Assembly: GCF_036365525.1 (NCBI RefSeq)
Contig: NC_090401.1
Coordinates: 41,777,674 to 41,841,673 of the forward strand
Origin: Heterodontus francisci
Lineage: Eukaryota
Length of the DNA stretch: 64,000 nt
Direction of reading: 5' to 3'
Shown here: in pieces, positions 12,500 to 27,087 of the stretch
How positions within the stretch are numbered: the stretch's first letter is position 1
Layout of the letters: the number at the start of each line of letters is the position of its first letter
Translations under genes and position numbers: made by a program
Notes under the pieces: generated by a model
The model's input: the letters and a program-made list of their open reading frames with translations, nothing else
What the model was told of the DNA's origin: nothing
The model's database searches: none

Positions 12500-13290
12500 A
12501 AGAGGGCTGTAAGCAATCTTAAGGAGACAGTTTAGCTAGAAAGATGTTAGATGAAATGTAATACAGATAAATGCAAGTTGATACATTTGGGGGAGGGATA
12601 GTAATGAATAAGAACAAGCCATATGCTGCACGATAAACTTTAAAAGATCAGACCCAGTGGTTCAGATATGGAAGTATATAGAAGTGGAAGGACAAGTTGT
12701 TAACCATTAAAAAGTACTTTTGGGCACATTTATAAATAGAGGTATAGAACACAAAAAGAGGCAATACTAACCCCTATGCAAATCATTGGTTCAACCCCTG
12801 TGGCCAGTTTTGAGTGCCTTTTAAAAAAAATGGCAAGGACAGGCAGAGAGTTTAGAAAAAGGAATTCACCAAGTTAATATCAGGGGTGAGGCTTTAGTTA
12901 GGAGGAGACACTATAGAAACAGACACTTTTTATTCGAGCAAGGAAGACCAAGAGGAGATCTGAGAGATGTTCAAAATTGAGGGGGCTTTAATAAGGTAAA
13001 GCAGGAAAAACTAATTCCACTGGTTAGTGATTCAGTAACTAGATAGCATACATACATGATGATCACCAAAATAACAGTGGTTAGAAGAATTTTTGTTTGA
13101 TATAAATAGTTGGTAGCATATGGAGTACTCTACAATAAAGTGAGAATCCACAACAACTTTAAGGGAAATGGACATTATTTGAAGAAATATAGGAATGGGC
13201 AGGGAAATGGAACTAAGTGGATAGCTTTTTCATGAACTGACATAGGCACAATGGAAAAATGATTGTGTATTAAAAATGTTGGCATTCTAT
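12500..13290 (+). mobile_element. Old CR1 LINE fragment
   Basis: Degraded similarity to CR1 ORF2 3' sequence (ataaatagaggtataga, gagatgttcaaaatt). Confidence 0.55.
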
Positions 13291-13387
13291 GATTCATTGT
13301 AGTGCAAGAGACAAAGAAACCCCAAAACACAAGTCACCACTGAAGTTAAGGCACATTCATTTTTCCTGGTTGAATCACAATAATAAA

Positions 13388-14735
13388 TAGAGTCAGAGTT
13401 ATACAGCACAGAAACAGGCCCATCATGTCTGTACCAGCCATCAAGCACCTAACTATTCTAATCCCATTTTCCAGCACTTGGCCCGTAGCCTTGTATGCTA
13501 TGGCATTTCAAGTGCTCATCTAAATACTTCTTAAATGTTGAGGGTTCCTGCCTCTACCACCTCTTCAGACAGTGCATTCCAGATTCCAACCACCCTCAGT
13601 GAAATTTTTTTTCCTCAAATCCCCTCTAAACCTCCTGCCCCTTATCTTAAATTTATGCCCCCTGGTTATTGACCCCTCCACTAAGGGAAAAAGATTCTTC
13701 CTATCTAATCTATCAATGCCCCTCATAATTTTGTACACCTCAATCATCCTATAGTGTGGTGCCCAGACTGTACACAGTACTCCAGCTGTGGCCTAACTAG
13801 CATTTTATACAGCTCCATCATAACCTCCCTGCTCTTATATTCTATGCCTCTGCTAATAAAGGCAAGTATCCCATGTGCCTTCTTAACCACCTTATCTACC
13901 TGTGCTGCCTTCAGTGATCTATGGACAAGTACACCAAGGTCCTTCTGACCCTCTGCACTTCCTAGGGTCCTACCATCCATTGTATATTCCCTCGCCTTGT
14001 TATTCCTCCCAAAATGCATCACCTTGCACTTCAGGATTAAATTCCATTTGCCACTGCTCCACCCATCTATATCATCCTGCAATCTAAGGCTTTCCTCCAC
14101 ACTATTTATGACACCACCAATTTTCATGTCATCTGTGAACTTACTGATACCTCCTATATTCACGTCTAAATCATTAATGTACACTACAGACAGCAAGGGT
14201 CCCAGCACTGATCCCTGTGGTACACCACTGGTCACAGGCTTCCACTCGCAAAAACAACCCTCGACTATTAGCCTCTGCCTCCTGCCACTAAGCTAATTTT
14301 GGATCCAATTTGCCAAATTGCCCTGGATCTCCTGGGCTCTTACCTTCTTAACCAATCTCCCATGCGGGACCTTATCAAAAGCCTTACTGAAGTCCATGTA
14401 TACTACATCAACTGCTTTACCCTCATCTACACATCTAGTCACAGCCTCAAAAAATTCAATCAAGTTAGACACGATCTCCCTCTGACAAAGCTATGCTGAC
14501 TATCCCTGATTAATCCCTGCCTCTCCAAGTGGAGATTAATCCTGTCCCTCAGAATTTTTTCCATTAGTTTCCCTACCACTGATGTTAGACTCACCAGCCT
14601 GCCATTACCTGGTTTATCCCTGCTACCCTTCTTGAACAATGGTACCATATTCACCGTCCTCCAATCCTCTGGTACCTCTCCTGTGGTCAGAGAAAATTTG
14701 TGTCAGCCCTTGCTATCTCCTCCCTTGCCTGACAA
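13388..14735 (-). mobile_element. CR1 LINE, 5'-truncated, frameshifted
   Basis: VPLFKKGSRDKPGN, SGVPQGSVLGPLL and YKIMRGIDRLD fragments on the minus strand, plus 3' UTR. Confidence 0.92.
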
Positions 14736-16290
14736 CAGATAAGCTATTTGGCTCTCCATCCAGCACACAGTCCCATCCAATGATCCTGAAATGATTCCAC
14801 TCTTTTGTTACTTCCACTACTATGCCCTAAAGTCCATTCTATTTGCTGATCTGAAAAAGCATTGCCATCTGTCCCATATTACCCTGTGCCATCTTGAACC
14901 TTGTCCTCCTTTCAAGTCTGAAGTAGTTTACTAGCATATACCTCTACAAGGTTGCCCTCCTTCAAAGTTGAAATGCCCATATTTCTCACATCCTCCCCAT
15001 AACTTAATCCTCTGATGCGTGGGAGCAATCTTGTTCTGAACTGCTTTCAGAGCTTGAATGTTCCCCTTGTGTCTCCATAACTGGACTGGGTACAGCATTC
15101 AAGGTTTGGTTTGACTAGGGATACAGTAAAAATATATAATTTATATTATGCATGTTTTGTTGATTGCTGCTTCACAGTGATTGAACACATCGAATCTATT
15201 CACAATAAAGAACCTAACCAAGGTAGCCCTTCAGCCCATTTCATCTCGTACCTGTAAATACCAGCTCTACCATCCTCCTAGTTATTTCTCGCTGAAGTCC
15301 ATGTATTGGCCTCACTTTTTGTGGCTACCCGCCCCAACTCTCAAATACCTTCAATGTGAATACTTCAAAAATTTGCCTTTCACAACACAACGTATTCCTT
15401 CTTGTCCAATTTAGATATTTGACAACCTATTCTGTAGTGCTCGAAATGCCTCCACATATTCAACATTCCCTCCTGGCTTTGTTTGCACTGAACTTGATTT
15501 ACAATTATGTAAATTAGAAGTGAACACAGATTCCCCAGGACACTCCACTCAGTACCTGCCTCCATCAAAATCAGAAATAGCCCCTTCAATCCTACTATTC
15601 ATCCACTTTCTCATCCATATCTATATTTATTTAACATTCCTAACACTAAGTTTTAGTAATAGCTTTGCATGGAATTCTGCAAATGATTTTTGGAGATCAA
15701 TTCATAAAACTTAATTATTGCAATTTGTTTCCATAACACCATGGCTCCAGCAGTTCAGTCTAAAAATCAACTGATTAGTTTGCACAAAAAACTGTTATGA
15801 CTTTTATACCTCAGTCTGGATTCTCTCAAAGAATGAACAATAAATTCAACTAAAACCTTGAGAATAAAAAGTTACATGGTGATATGAACTTCCATCCTGA
15901 ATAAAATGGGTATAAGAGCTAATGCTACAACATGAACTGAAACTTTTTACCAGTGTTCAAGGATTATGTGGAGGACAGAGAAAAAGGACAGGGAACAAAG
16001 CATCAGCACTAGTGAGGGCATTGATAAAGATAATTATGCAAGCTATTTGCCTTACCTAAAACCATTTTATTATATACAAGTTGCCTTCCTATTTCCATTA
16101 GTTGAGAACTACTTTGCAAAGTACTCTTCCCATAAAGAGTCTTGCAGCTACAACTGCAGGTAAAAATATGATCCCTCGGTCAGTACTTCTAGTAGAAAAG
16201 TTTTTCCTAAAATTTAGGAAAGATGAAAAAAATGAGCCAATTAGGAGATATTTGAATTTACTTTGCCTTTTGCGGAGATCGAGGGTGGTC

Positions 16291-19200
16291 ATAGAAACAT
16301 AGAAAATAGAAGCAGGAGGCGCCCATTCGAGCCTGCTCCGCCATTCATTATGATCATGGCTGATCATCCAACTCAGCAACCTGTTCCCGCTTTCGTCCCA
16401 TACCCTTTGATCCCTTTAGACCCAAGAGCTATATCTAACTCCTTCTTGAAAACATACAATGTTTTGGCCTCAACTGCTTTCTGTGGTGAATTCCACAGGC
16501 TCAGCACTCTCTGGGTGAAGAAATTCCTCATCTCAGTCCTGAAAGGTTTACCCCGTGTCCTTAGACTATGACCCCTGGTTCTGGACTCCCCCACCATTGG
16601 GAACATCCTTCCTGCATCTACCCTGTCAAGTCCTGTTAGAATTTTATAGGCTTCTATGAGATCCCCTCCTCGCTCTTCTGAACCCCAGTGAATATCAATC
16701 CTAACCGACTCAATCACTCCTCATAAGTCAGTCCCGCCATCCCAGAATCAGTCTGGTAAACCTTCACTGCACTCCCTCTATAGCAAGAACATCCTTCCTC
16801 AGATAAGGAGACCAATACCGCACACAATATCCCAGGTGTGGCCTCACCAAGGCCCTGTATAATTGCAGCAAGACATCCCTGCTCCTGTACTCAAATCCTC
16901 TCGCTATGAAGGCCAACATACCATTTGCCGTTTTTACCACCTGTTGCACCTGCGTGCTTACCTTCAGCAACTGGTGTACAAAAACACCCAGATCACACTG
17001 CATATTCCCCTCTCAGTTTATATATTATCCCTTCAGATAATAATCTGCCTTCCTGTTTTTGCCAAAGTGGATAACCTCACATTTATCCACATTATACTGC
17101 ATCTGCTATGCAGTTGCCCACCCACTCAACTTGTCCAAATCACCCTGAAGCCTCTCTGCATCCTCCTCACAACTCACCCTCCCACCCAGTTTTGTGTCAT
17201 CTGCAAATTTGGAGATATTCTATTTAGTTCCCTCATCTAAATCATTAATATATATTGTGAATAGCTGGGGTCCTAGCACCGATCCCTGCATTACCCCACT
17301 AGTCACTGCCTGCCATTCGGAAAAAGGCCCATTTATCCCTACTGTTTCCTGTCTGCCAACCAATTTTCTATCCATCACAATACACTACCCCCAATCCCAT
17401 GCGCTTCAATTTTACACGCTAATTTCTTATGTGGGACTTTGTCGAAAGCCTTTTGAAAGTCCAAATAAACCACATCCACTGGCTCCCCCTCATCAACTCT
17501 ACTAGTTACATCCTTGAAGAATTCTAGTAGTTTTGTCAAGCAGGATTTCCCTTTCGTAAATCCATGCTGACTCTGCCCAATTCTACCACTGTTCTCTAAG
17601 TGATCTGCTATAAAATCTTTGATAATGGACTCTAGAATTTTCCCCACTACCGACATCAGATTAACTGTTCTATAGATTAGATTAGAGATACAGCACTGAA
17701 ACAGGCCCTTCGGCCCGAGTCTGTGCACCGATTCCCTGCTTTCTCTCTACCTCCCTTTTTAAATAGTGGGGTCACATTAGCTACCCTCCAATCTGTAGGA
17801 ACTGTTCCAGAGTCTACAGAATCTTGAAAGATGGCCAACAATGCATCCACTATTTCTAGGGCCACTTCCTCAAGTACTCTGGGATACATACCATCAGGCC
17901 CTGGGGATTTATCAGCCTTCAATCCCATCAATTTCCCCAACACCATTTCTCTACTAATACTGATTTCTTTCAGTTCCTCTCTCACTAAGCTCAGTGTTCC
18001 CCAACATTTTTGGTATGATATTTGTATCCTCCTTTGTGAAGACAGAACCAAAGTATGCTTTTAGCTGGTCAGCCATTTCTTTGTTCCCCATAATAAATTC
18101 CCATTTCTGACTGTAAAGGGACATACATTTGTCTTCACATACCTATAGAAACTTTCAAAGTCCGTTTTTATGTTCCCCACAGGGTTGCTCTTGTACTCTA
18201 TTTTCCCCTTCTTAATCAATCCCTCGGTCTTCCTTTGCTGAATTCTAAACTGCTCCCAATCCTCAGGTCTGTTGTTTTTTTCTAGCGAATTTATATGCCT
18301 CTTCCTTGGATCTAATGCTATCTCTAATTTCCTTGTAAGCTATGGTTTGGCTACCTTTCCCGTTTTACTTTTGCACCAGACAGGAACAAACAATTGTTGC
18401 AGTTCATCCATGCGCTCTTTAAATCTTTGCCATTGCCTATCCACCATCATCCCTTTAAGAAACATTGCCCAATCCATCATAGCCAACTCATGCCTCATAC
18501 CTTCGTAGTTTCCTTTACTAAGATTCAGAACCCTAGTCTCAGAATCAACGACGTCACTCTCCATCTTAATGAAGAATTCTATCAAATTATGGTCGCTCAT
18601 CCCCAAGGGGTCTCATACCACTAGATTGTCAATTATTCCTCTCTCATTACACAATACCCAGTCTAGGGTGGCCTGTTCTCTAGTTGGTTCCTCAACGTAT
18701 TGGTCCAGAAAACCATCCCATAATACACTCCAAGAATTCCTCCTCTACAGTATTGACTAATTTGATTTGCCCAATCTATATGCAGATTAAACTCACCCAT
18801 AATTACAGATGTTCCTTTATCACATGCATCTCTAATTTCCTGTTTAATACCATTCCCAACATCACCACTACAGTTTGGGGGTCTATATACAACCCCTACT
18901 AACTTTTTTGCCCTTTAGTGTTTCTCAGATCTACCCATACAGATTCCACATCAGAGCCAATATCTTTCCTCACTATTGCATTAATTTCCTCTTTAACCAG
19001 CAATGCAACTCCACCGCCTTTTGTTTTTTGTCTGTCCTTCCTAAATACTGAATACCCCTGGATGTTAATTTCCCATCCCTGGTCACCTTGCAGCCATGTC
19101 TCCATAATCCCAACAATATCATACCCTTACGTCTATTTGTGCAATTAATTCATCTACTTTATTGCAAATGCTCCACGCGTTAAGGCATAAAGCCTTAAGG

Positions 19201-19365
19201 ATTGTCTTTTTAACGTTACTTGTCCCCTTCCCACTATGGCCCAGTTTGATTCTGGCCCTCGATTTCTCTGCCTATCACTTTTCTTATTCTCCTTACGGTC
19301 TTTTGTTCTCGTCTTTGATCCCTCCTCCTGACTCCTTGCAAAGGTTCCCATGCCCCTGCCATTTA
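16291..19365 (-). mobile_element. CR1 LINE, near-complete ORF2 (endonuclease and RT), disrupted
   Basis: ETWLQGDQGW..GYSVFRKDR..GGGVALL (EN), SDHNLIEF, KSPGPDG, DFQKAFDKVPH (RT) and a 3' UTR with a (tttctatg) tail. Confidence 0.95.
17673..17728 (-). mobile_element. Short HE1/HER1-type 3' tail inserted in the CR1
   Basis: agattagattagagatacagcactgaaacaggcccttcggccc matches the SINE tail at 42420-42455 and interrupts the CR1 frame. Confidence 0.65.
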
Positions 19366-19849
19366 AGCATTTCCATAGGAAATCACACCAAGTTCATCCT
19401 TCATGACTACCCATCAAATTTAAGCATTAGACAAATTCACATGGTATTTATCTGCCTTTCTAGTTTAACAAACTTTTCCATGGCAATTTATAATGGGTCC
19501 ATAATCACTACAATCATGGGCCACTTTAAAATGAAGACATGCTCTCTAGTTCTTTTATTTTTGATTTGCAATTAAACATTTTTTGGAACTAAACAGTATT
19601 ATTTGGGTTAGAGAATTTCCTCACCAATGAAAGCCATAGCAAATGGAGCTGTTGAATCAAATACAGTTTTGCCTTAAAACAATTTCCAGCTCTTAACATA
19701 TTGCATAAACTAGTACTAGCTCGGATTTATTTCAGGAGTTTCAAGTAGACAATCACTGTTTAGAAACAGTATTTCACTGGTAATTTCGTGGCTGTGAAGC
19801 ATTTGGGATGGTCAAAGGACATGAAAGGTGCTTATATAATCACAAGTTC

Positions 19850-22800
19850 TTTATTAAAAGTCATCTGTAAAGATCTCTTACCACCAGATGGCTCTATTTG
19901 CTAGAATTATATAGAATTTCCTGTTGCAAGTATGCTCTCAAAAAGATAATGGATGTCACAAACTTAAAACAATTTTACAAAATGTAGTTAGAGCAGTTCA
20001 TCTCACCAATACTTAAATTTTCCCCATATATTTAAAGGAGCCAAAGCAGTGCAAAATGCAATTTAATTGGATATGCATCTAGTTCTCCTTAAACAAGACT
20101 CAAAACCAGAGGTTTACAGAAATTGCCAACAGTTGACAGATTGAATTTCCCATTTTCATTCAAGACAAATTTGCAATGTTTGATGTACACCACCTTCCAT
20201 TTATGACCATGAATTAAATTCCAGAGTTTTCCAGATTTAGATGTTCAGGAACCGATTGTACAGTTTAAACCAAAAGAAAACTGACACAAATGGTCACAAG
20301 AACCAAAGCACCAGCTGAAAAGTTAAATTGCTGAAATAGTGACATTCTAGTTTTTGTATGCCTACAGTAAATGAAACAGCATACTCTGTGCACCAGTCCA
20401 CATTTTAAATGTAGCTCCCCCAATCCCATTTCAGTTGGGCCCTTCTTGTCCAATTTTACATGCCAGGAGTAGGCAGATATCCAGTATTACAGATCTCCAC
20501 CCAATTTTCAAAACAAATTTATACTTGTAATTTGGCCGGACTAGACTGAAAACCTAAGATAGTTGATGGAAACTGGCTTATCAATCTTGCAGAAAGCTGA
20601 ACAGCAAGTATTTCTTGCTCCATCCCTTCCCCACTCAAGTGAAGAGCATATCCAGATCTTGCTATTTGCAACCACAATTTCTGAACCTGTATCCTCTTAT
20701 AGCACAGAAATATTTAGCCCAAACTAAAATGGCACAATGTGAAGTTTAACATCTATTATGAGATCATTCGAATGGAGCACATCAAAACATTAATTGCTGA
20801 AATGTTAAATTAGACTCAAGGCTATCTTTCTAGAATCCATTGAAGTTCTTACACCAAATTTGGCAATTTCCCCACTTTGTCAACTGTATTCTCTTTCCCA
20901 TTTAGTAAGGTTCTGAAGCTAGTTTTCCTTGCATCAGATTTAGCTTCTACTTAAGTGAATCTTTTAACTGACTTCTTCTTTGATGCACTGGAAGACAGTA
21001 CTCAAGATGTGCACTTAACTCATTATTAAGTGGAAACATTATCTATCTGTACCCAACTACAACTCCTCTTAACTACACACCTCAAGATATAATTGTCTAT
21101 TTTACTTAAACCAACTGCCACCCTGCACATCATACACAACAGTAGAAATACTTTCATTTGTCCATTTTATGTATTTATAAAGCTGATTCTACTTCCATCC
21201 AAACCAAAGTAGTTACAAGAAACTCTGTTAGACTACACCATGCAGTTTACAGTACAGATTCACTTTAATCCAGAAATGTTATTGACGATTAAAATCAAGT
21301 GCTACATTTTGTAGGGAACAATACATCAGCAATACTAGACTCAGTTCAGCACTAGGAAGAATAAGGAATTCCGAGCCATTCCATTTACAAGAAAATGTGC
21401 TTCGATATTTATTAAAGAAATTACAATGAACTCCAGATAAATCACAAAATACTGCACATGTATGATTATGCAAGATTGCTACAAAACTGAGACACTTAAA
21501 ATAGGGCTAAAGTATTAGGAGCAGAACTAGGTGAAATACACAAGCTATTGCAATCCTAGTCATTGTGGTTTCAAATAGAATTTTCTCATCAATTTTAGAA
21601 TTAGCTTTCCTCTATATTTGAGGAACCCCTTCAACTTAAGTTTTAGACAAAAAAAGCACAACTAGTTAATAGGCATGTTACATACTAACCTGCCAGCTTT
21701 GCAATAAGATGTTAACTCTACAATTGTAAGCTACAAAAGCAACAGTTTGAAAACATTAAGTCAGCAAAGCTCAGACACATCCACTTATTAGCATTTATTT
21801 ATCAAGAAACTGTCAAGTGTCTTCTCCACATTAATGTATTTTAAACTGTTAGGGATGCTACAATTTGATTTGCAATAGAAAATTCATGGAGCTCACAAGA
21901 AATCTATTATTTTCAGATAATCAAACACTCTTCATAAAATAAATGGTTTTAAAACAAGAGAAGTGGTTATGAGTTTAAACTGCTCTGCAATCATCTGGAA
22001 ACATCCAATTTTGCCCAGTGAGAAAGACCCTATTTTTGTCTTCAGAATTCTTCATGGTTTGATCACAATTATCATTTTTAAGTTAAGATTGCAACAGGGA
22101 TACAATTTTTTAATATATTGCAACAACCCTTGTACAAAGAAGGTGCTGAACACAAACTGTACAATGGGTACGTATCCTAATGTAGATGACTGGCCTGTGC
22201 TTAGCAAGGTCAAGGAATTTTATTAGTGACAGGCCAGTACATTAACCTAACCAAACTTGTAAAAGCAACAACATTCACTGAGAGGCTCCTGCAAAACCAA
22301 CATAACTGTAAGCCACAGATTACCACCTCCCATATTATAGTTTTGCAATATTCTCCAGCAGTACCAGTATCACAATGATGCCAGTGCTTAAAAATAGTGA
22401 ATGGAAGAGATAAGTAAATATTAGTGCTGGTCTATCACGAGATCAGTACCACTTTCTCACCCAGCTCACTTGAAGAATTGGCAGCTTTGTAATGTCTGAA
22501 CAAAAAAAAACCTTCACTCCAATGCTCCCTTGTCCCCAAAACATGAAAGGAATAAACATCGACAGTTCAGTAGTAAGTAGAAAGTGAAAAAGGTTGAAGA
22601 ATCAAATATTCTTCATCTTTTCCAGGCCTTGTGTAGTAGGTTCAGTGCATCATGTCAGCAGAATTCCAAGTCTAAAAGTAATCACAAAATAAAAGATAGG
22701 ATAAAAAGTGTCATAAAAACAAACTCTTCCACTAGCAAATATCTATAAAATCTCACTTAACAGTAATTGTTCATTTGATTTTTCCTTTTGTAAAATTTAC

Positions 22801-23446
22801 ATTCACATTAGTAACAGTATAGACTACAAAAATTTAAAATCAACAATCAACATTGTTGTGCACTAGTCAACAAGGTAAATTGTTCAACTTGAATATATTT
22901 GAAGATGTTAACAGAAATTTAGACTACGATAATGTTCATCTATATAAATGAATCTGGAATTAGTTAGCAAGCAAAACATCCAATATGGCTAAATCAACCA
23001 CAGCTTTACACGTTGACAGAATACACAGATCTTCCAATGAAACATCTGGTGCACGCCACACCAAGCAATGGCAGCCGGGGGGGGGTTAGATGGAAAGGGG
23101 AGTGGGCATGTGCCAGATTGAAGTACAAGGTACAAGACAGAACTAACATGCCTATATCCAAAGAATGGCTGAATTTTTAAAAAGCACCATGACTCGACAG
23201 ACAGATCACATGGTAGACTACCCTAGCACAATATTCGTTTTCTACCTCTTCCAATTTTCAAAGCAATGGTGCCAAATCAGAATTTTCTCATGTCTACAGG
23301 TGATCAATCAGCCTCACAGCAGGTAGATCTTTTTGCTAAAGCTGTTCACATGGAGGGATACATTAAGCAGCACTGGGTTTCAAATATCTAAAAGATTCAA
23401 ATGGTTGGTATATTGTAAACTGTCTTGTGCAGGTTCTTCCACAACT
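19850..23446 (-). other. Candidate terminal 3'-UTR exon of ZNF706
   Basis: Good acceptor ttcttgctgttctcttctcaataacatctgttttcAG| at 23447. It is followed by ~3.5 kb of AT-rich sequence with no recognisable repeats and several minus-strand AATAAA signals. The 3' end is uncertain. Confidence 0.35.
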
Positions 23447-26200
23447 CTGAAAACAGATGTTATTGAGAAGAGAACAGCAAGAAGGCACTACCTCAAAGCT
23501 ACGTAGAAAAAATGAAGAGTTTTAATCAGAGAAGTAAGCACTTTCACCTACACCACATTCTGTGCAATGGATATGATGCATCATATATTCAGGATAATGG
23601 ACACATTTTATGGCAGGTTCTGCTGTTCATGACACGAGTAGCTGCTATCCTTCTAGCAGGGGTTCAATCATGCTAATCAATGGCCCCAGTCCACTTTGGT
23701 CTTACTGCCCCCATTATAATTTCACTACTCTGTCCTCAATTTGCCTGCATATTTTCTCTCAGTACTCCTCCCACACCAGCATGGTCACCTCTGGTATGCC
23801 CCAATATTTCATTCCTGGCCCTCATTTAATCCTTATCTAGTTGTCACACAGCAACATAATTTGCCAGCTTCTTTATTATGTTGATCAGACTTCATGTCAC
23901 CACTGAACAATCCCCTTCAACTTCACAACATTAAGTGCTGTCCCACTGCTGATCCAATATCAAACTGCAGATGAGCCAGACATTTTTCCAGCCTTTAGTT
24001 ATTCTGTTTAGATATCAAAACTTCACAAGCTGGAAAACCACTCATCCCATCATTTCATCTAATGAAAGGTCATCGACTCAAATCTTTCTCTCTTCACTGA
24101 CACTGTCAGATCTGAGTACTTCCAGCATTTCTTTTTATTCCATCTCTTACTGGCAGTTTGCAACTTCAAAAGTTAGTTTGATCTTGAGCCGAGCTTCAAA
24201 CCCACAGCCCACCATCCATTATGGATACCTCCCACTACCTCCCAAATCACTCCCATTAAAACAGCACATCCAGGTCTGACTTTTCCTCTCAAAGTTCACC
24301 TTATACAAACTCACCCTAAACTCTACTCACATCCTATCCAGTGATTTGTCTTGCTTACCCATCACCCCTGCCTTAAGCCAGCATCCCCAGCAGACTGATA
24401 TCAAACTCCCCACCTACAAATTTCTCCATGACTCTGCTCCATCATACACGTGCAAGTTCAACTTCATCTCAGCTTACAGACCAATAGTCCAATTATGGTG
24501 CGTTATGCATTTTTCCCTTAGTGGCAAAGCCATTGCATCCCAGAACTCATTCTTACTTCACCTTCAAAACTCTGAACTTCAGTCATTTCCTCTGATTATG
24601 CCTCTTCCTCTATGTCCATTACTGTTCCCCACCCCTGAAGCAGCGCTATACAGAAATTATAAGGATGATTTGTCTAATGACCAATGAGAAAGGGAGAAAG
24701 GTAATGTAACTAAACGATCAGATAGGATGACTATGCAGTCAAGTCAAATCCAAGAAGGCATGTTTGATGATGCAAGGTTGGAACTAAGTCACTCTCAATG
24801 GCAGAATCTACAAGCAGATTTAAATAGAAATTGCAGGGGTATTTCAGTAGTGTGGATTTTTAATAGGCTTTGGAAATTCTGAACCAGTATGATGGGCTTC
24901 CAAGCTGACCAAATGAAAGGGTTACCAAGCCCCATTTTTCAGCTCAAGTCATCTATCTTTGCAAAAGCCAAGCACAGGTTGGTCCTGATTGGTCTACTTA
25001 GGCTTAAGTACCTGAATTTTAAGCAAGTCTTAATATGAAAATCTCAGTTTCAGCATTTTCTTTTACATTCAAAATTTAAAACTAAAATACTTTGTGTTGT
25101 ATGTTGATGAGCATAGACTGTTGACAGCAACATCAGCCAGTTACCATGCCTCAACTGGATTCATCAGCACTTTGAATAAGGAATTTGAACATGGAACACA
25201 GTTTGAACAGTACTTTGTGCTCTGGCTCTACATTGCACCAATATAGTGTGTTGTAAATACCCTATAAAACAGACCACAAGTTTGGCTAGCTATTGCTCAA
25301 CGCCTAGCTGTCTCAGCCAGCTAGGTGAGACGGCTAAAGTTTGGCAGCCAGATATTAAGTGACAGATAACTGAAGTATATTTATTTTAAACAGCTCAACA
25401 TATCCACTTTCAAAGCATCAGCACTTTAATCTAAAGCTACACTGGAAGAGTATTTCAGAAACCTGCCAGGGGGTATGCATTTTTCTGCTGCAAAATGTCA
25501 GCTTGGCTATAAAAATTATTTACCTGCAGCAAAATTCTAGGACCCGGTTTGTAACTGCAAAATCTGCTATGATGTGAAAGAATGTGGATCTTCCAGCAGT
25601 TACTTGTAACCAAGTTTCTAGCCCTGCTGCAGTAAGAGAGTGCCTAGTATAAAGATAGGCATTTGCTATTGGTTAAAAAATGCAAAGATATGCCATGCAA
25701 CATTCATGCACACGATGCTTAGAGATTTAATCAGTCATCTTCCAGCCTCTTAGCCAGACATGTACAAGGAGGTATTAAATGAGAAAAAAAAAAAGTGTAA
25801 TGGTAGTCAGTTCAAGCAGCAAAATTTAGAAATTAACTAGATTAAAAATATTAGTCATAAAACTTTCCAGCTATTAGAGGTTAGTCCTTTTGTTTCAGAT
25901 TTAGCTTAATATCGCTAACATTTATCAAATTATAGCTTCAACATCAGCATTAAACAATTAACAATTCACAGCCGCAGATTCAAGTTTCAATTACTTGTGT
26001 CTAAGTTTGAGTCATAATTGTGACTGCACGAGTTCTTGAAAGTGCCTCTCATCTGATCATTCAGCAAAAACATGGAAATGATAGCTTAGCCATTCTCTGA
26101 AGCTTAAAGGCTACACACTTAGAAGATTTTCTTCTGGTCACATTTAGTTCGAGATGAACTTCAAAAAGTTTCTCACCCAAATCCAAGTTTTTCTTTCTTT

Positions 26201-26296
26201 TTATGCCTGCACATCTACCAATTCAGGAGGCAAAGGAGATTTAGGGTGTTTACTCTCAAAATGCTGTTTGAAAGTTTTAGGATCTGGCATCTGTGT
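26201..26296 (-). CDS. ZNF706: Zinc finger protein 706 family, second coding exon
   Basis: Acceptor ttttcttttAG| at 26297; reads TQMPDPKTFKQHFESKHPKSPLPPELVDVQA* with TAA at 26203-26201. The exon continues to the donor TGG|GTGAGA at 26177/26176. Confidence 0.95.
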   Translation of the reverse strand, partial: TQMPDPKTFKQHFESKHPKSPLPPELVDVQA

Positions 26297-26729
26297 CTAA
26301 AAGAAAAGAAAATTAAGACCATTATATCATAGTGCTCAAGTAACTAGTACTATATTTATTGCACTGCCTAGTAACTTCGAAAAAGAAACAGCGGTAAGAA
26401 CCTGAGAATTACCCAGTGGTTCTCTGCATCACTGCACTGCAGTGTGACATTCAGACATATTGAGCAGTCCAGATTGAATCCCTAACCAGTGTTGAAATTA
26501 ACTGATCTGAGCTAGGGTATTTGTTTGTCCCCCTAATGAACCCAGGGGCACTGAAATTATTTGTACATTCTTGTTGTACCCCTGTTTGTGATCCATTAAT
26601 TCAGTATGGACAGAGGTATAAACCAGAGATCTCCCTGGTCTGTATGGCTCAGGTATTCACTGTCTTAAATCAGTTATGCCGTTAATTGTAATATCAAGAT
26701 CATCACTAAGTACTAATTAAATACAAGTT

Positions 26730-26930
26730 GTCAAATTGGCAACCCATGAATAAAATTGAATAACTAGCCTGGAGTAAATACTGCAATTAACTCTCATACG
26801 GTTAGAATTAGTCTGGCAGCATTGCCTCAATTTCAAAAACCTAAGACCTGATACAATTAGAACACAACAGCTCATAGCAGCTAATCTAAACAGCACAATA
26901 GGTACTTCCAAAAGACCATGTAAAGTAGAA
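26730..26930. repeat. Inverted repeat, arm in ZNF706 intron 2
   Basis: Reverse complement of 27742-27941, about 18 mismatches and 1 gap in ~200 bp by manual alignment. Confidence 0.95.
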
Positions 26931-26955
26931 GGACTTCAATGGCCTACTCCTTTAC

Positions 26956-27087
26956 CTTGCAGACAGGACATGTGTGCACAAGTGCTGCTTTTGCGGCTGC
27001 TTTTTGATCAGATCCACCCTTTTTCTTTTCAGCTTGCCTCTTAGCATTCTTCTGCTGGGCTTGTATTTTCTGCTGTCCACGAGCCAT
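26956..27087 (-). CDS. ZNF706: Zinc finger protein 706 family, first coding exon
   Basis: Reads MARGQQKIQAQQKNAKRQAEKKKGGSDQKAAAKAALVHTCPVCK (44 codons). Acceptor ttgctttttgctAG| at 27105 (exon begins 27104); phase-0 donor AAG|GTAAAG at 26956/26955. May be a ZNF706-like paralog. Confidence 0.95.
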
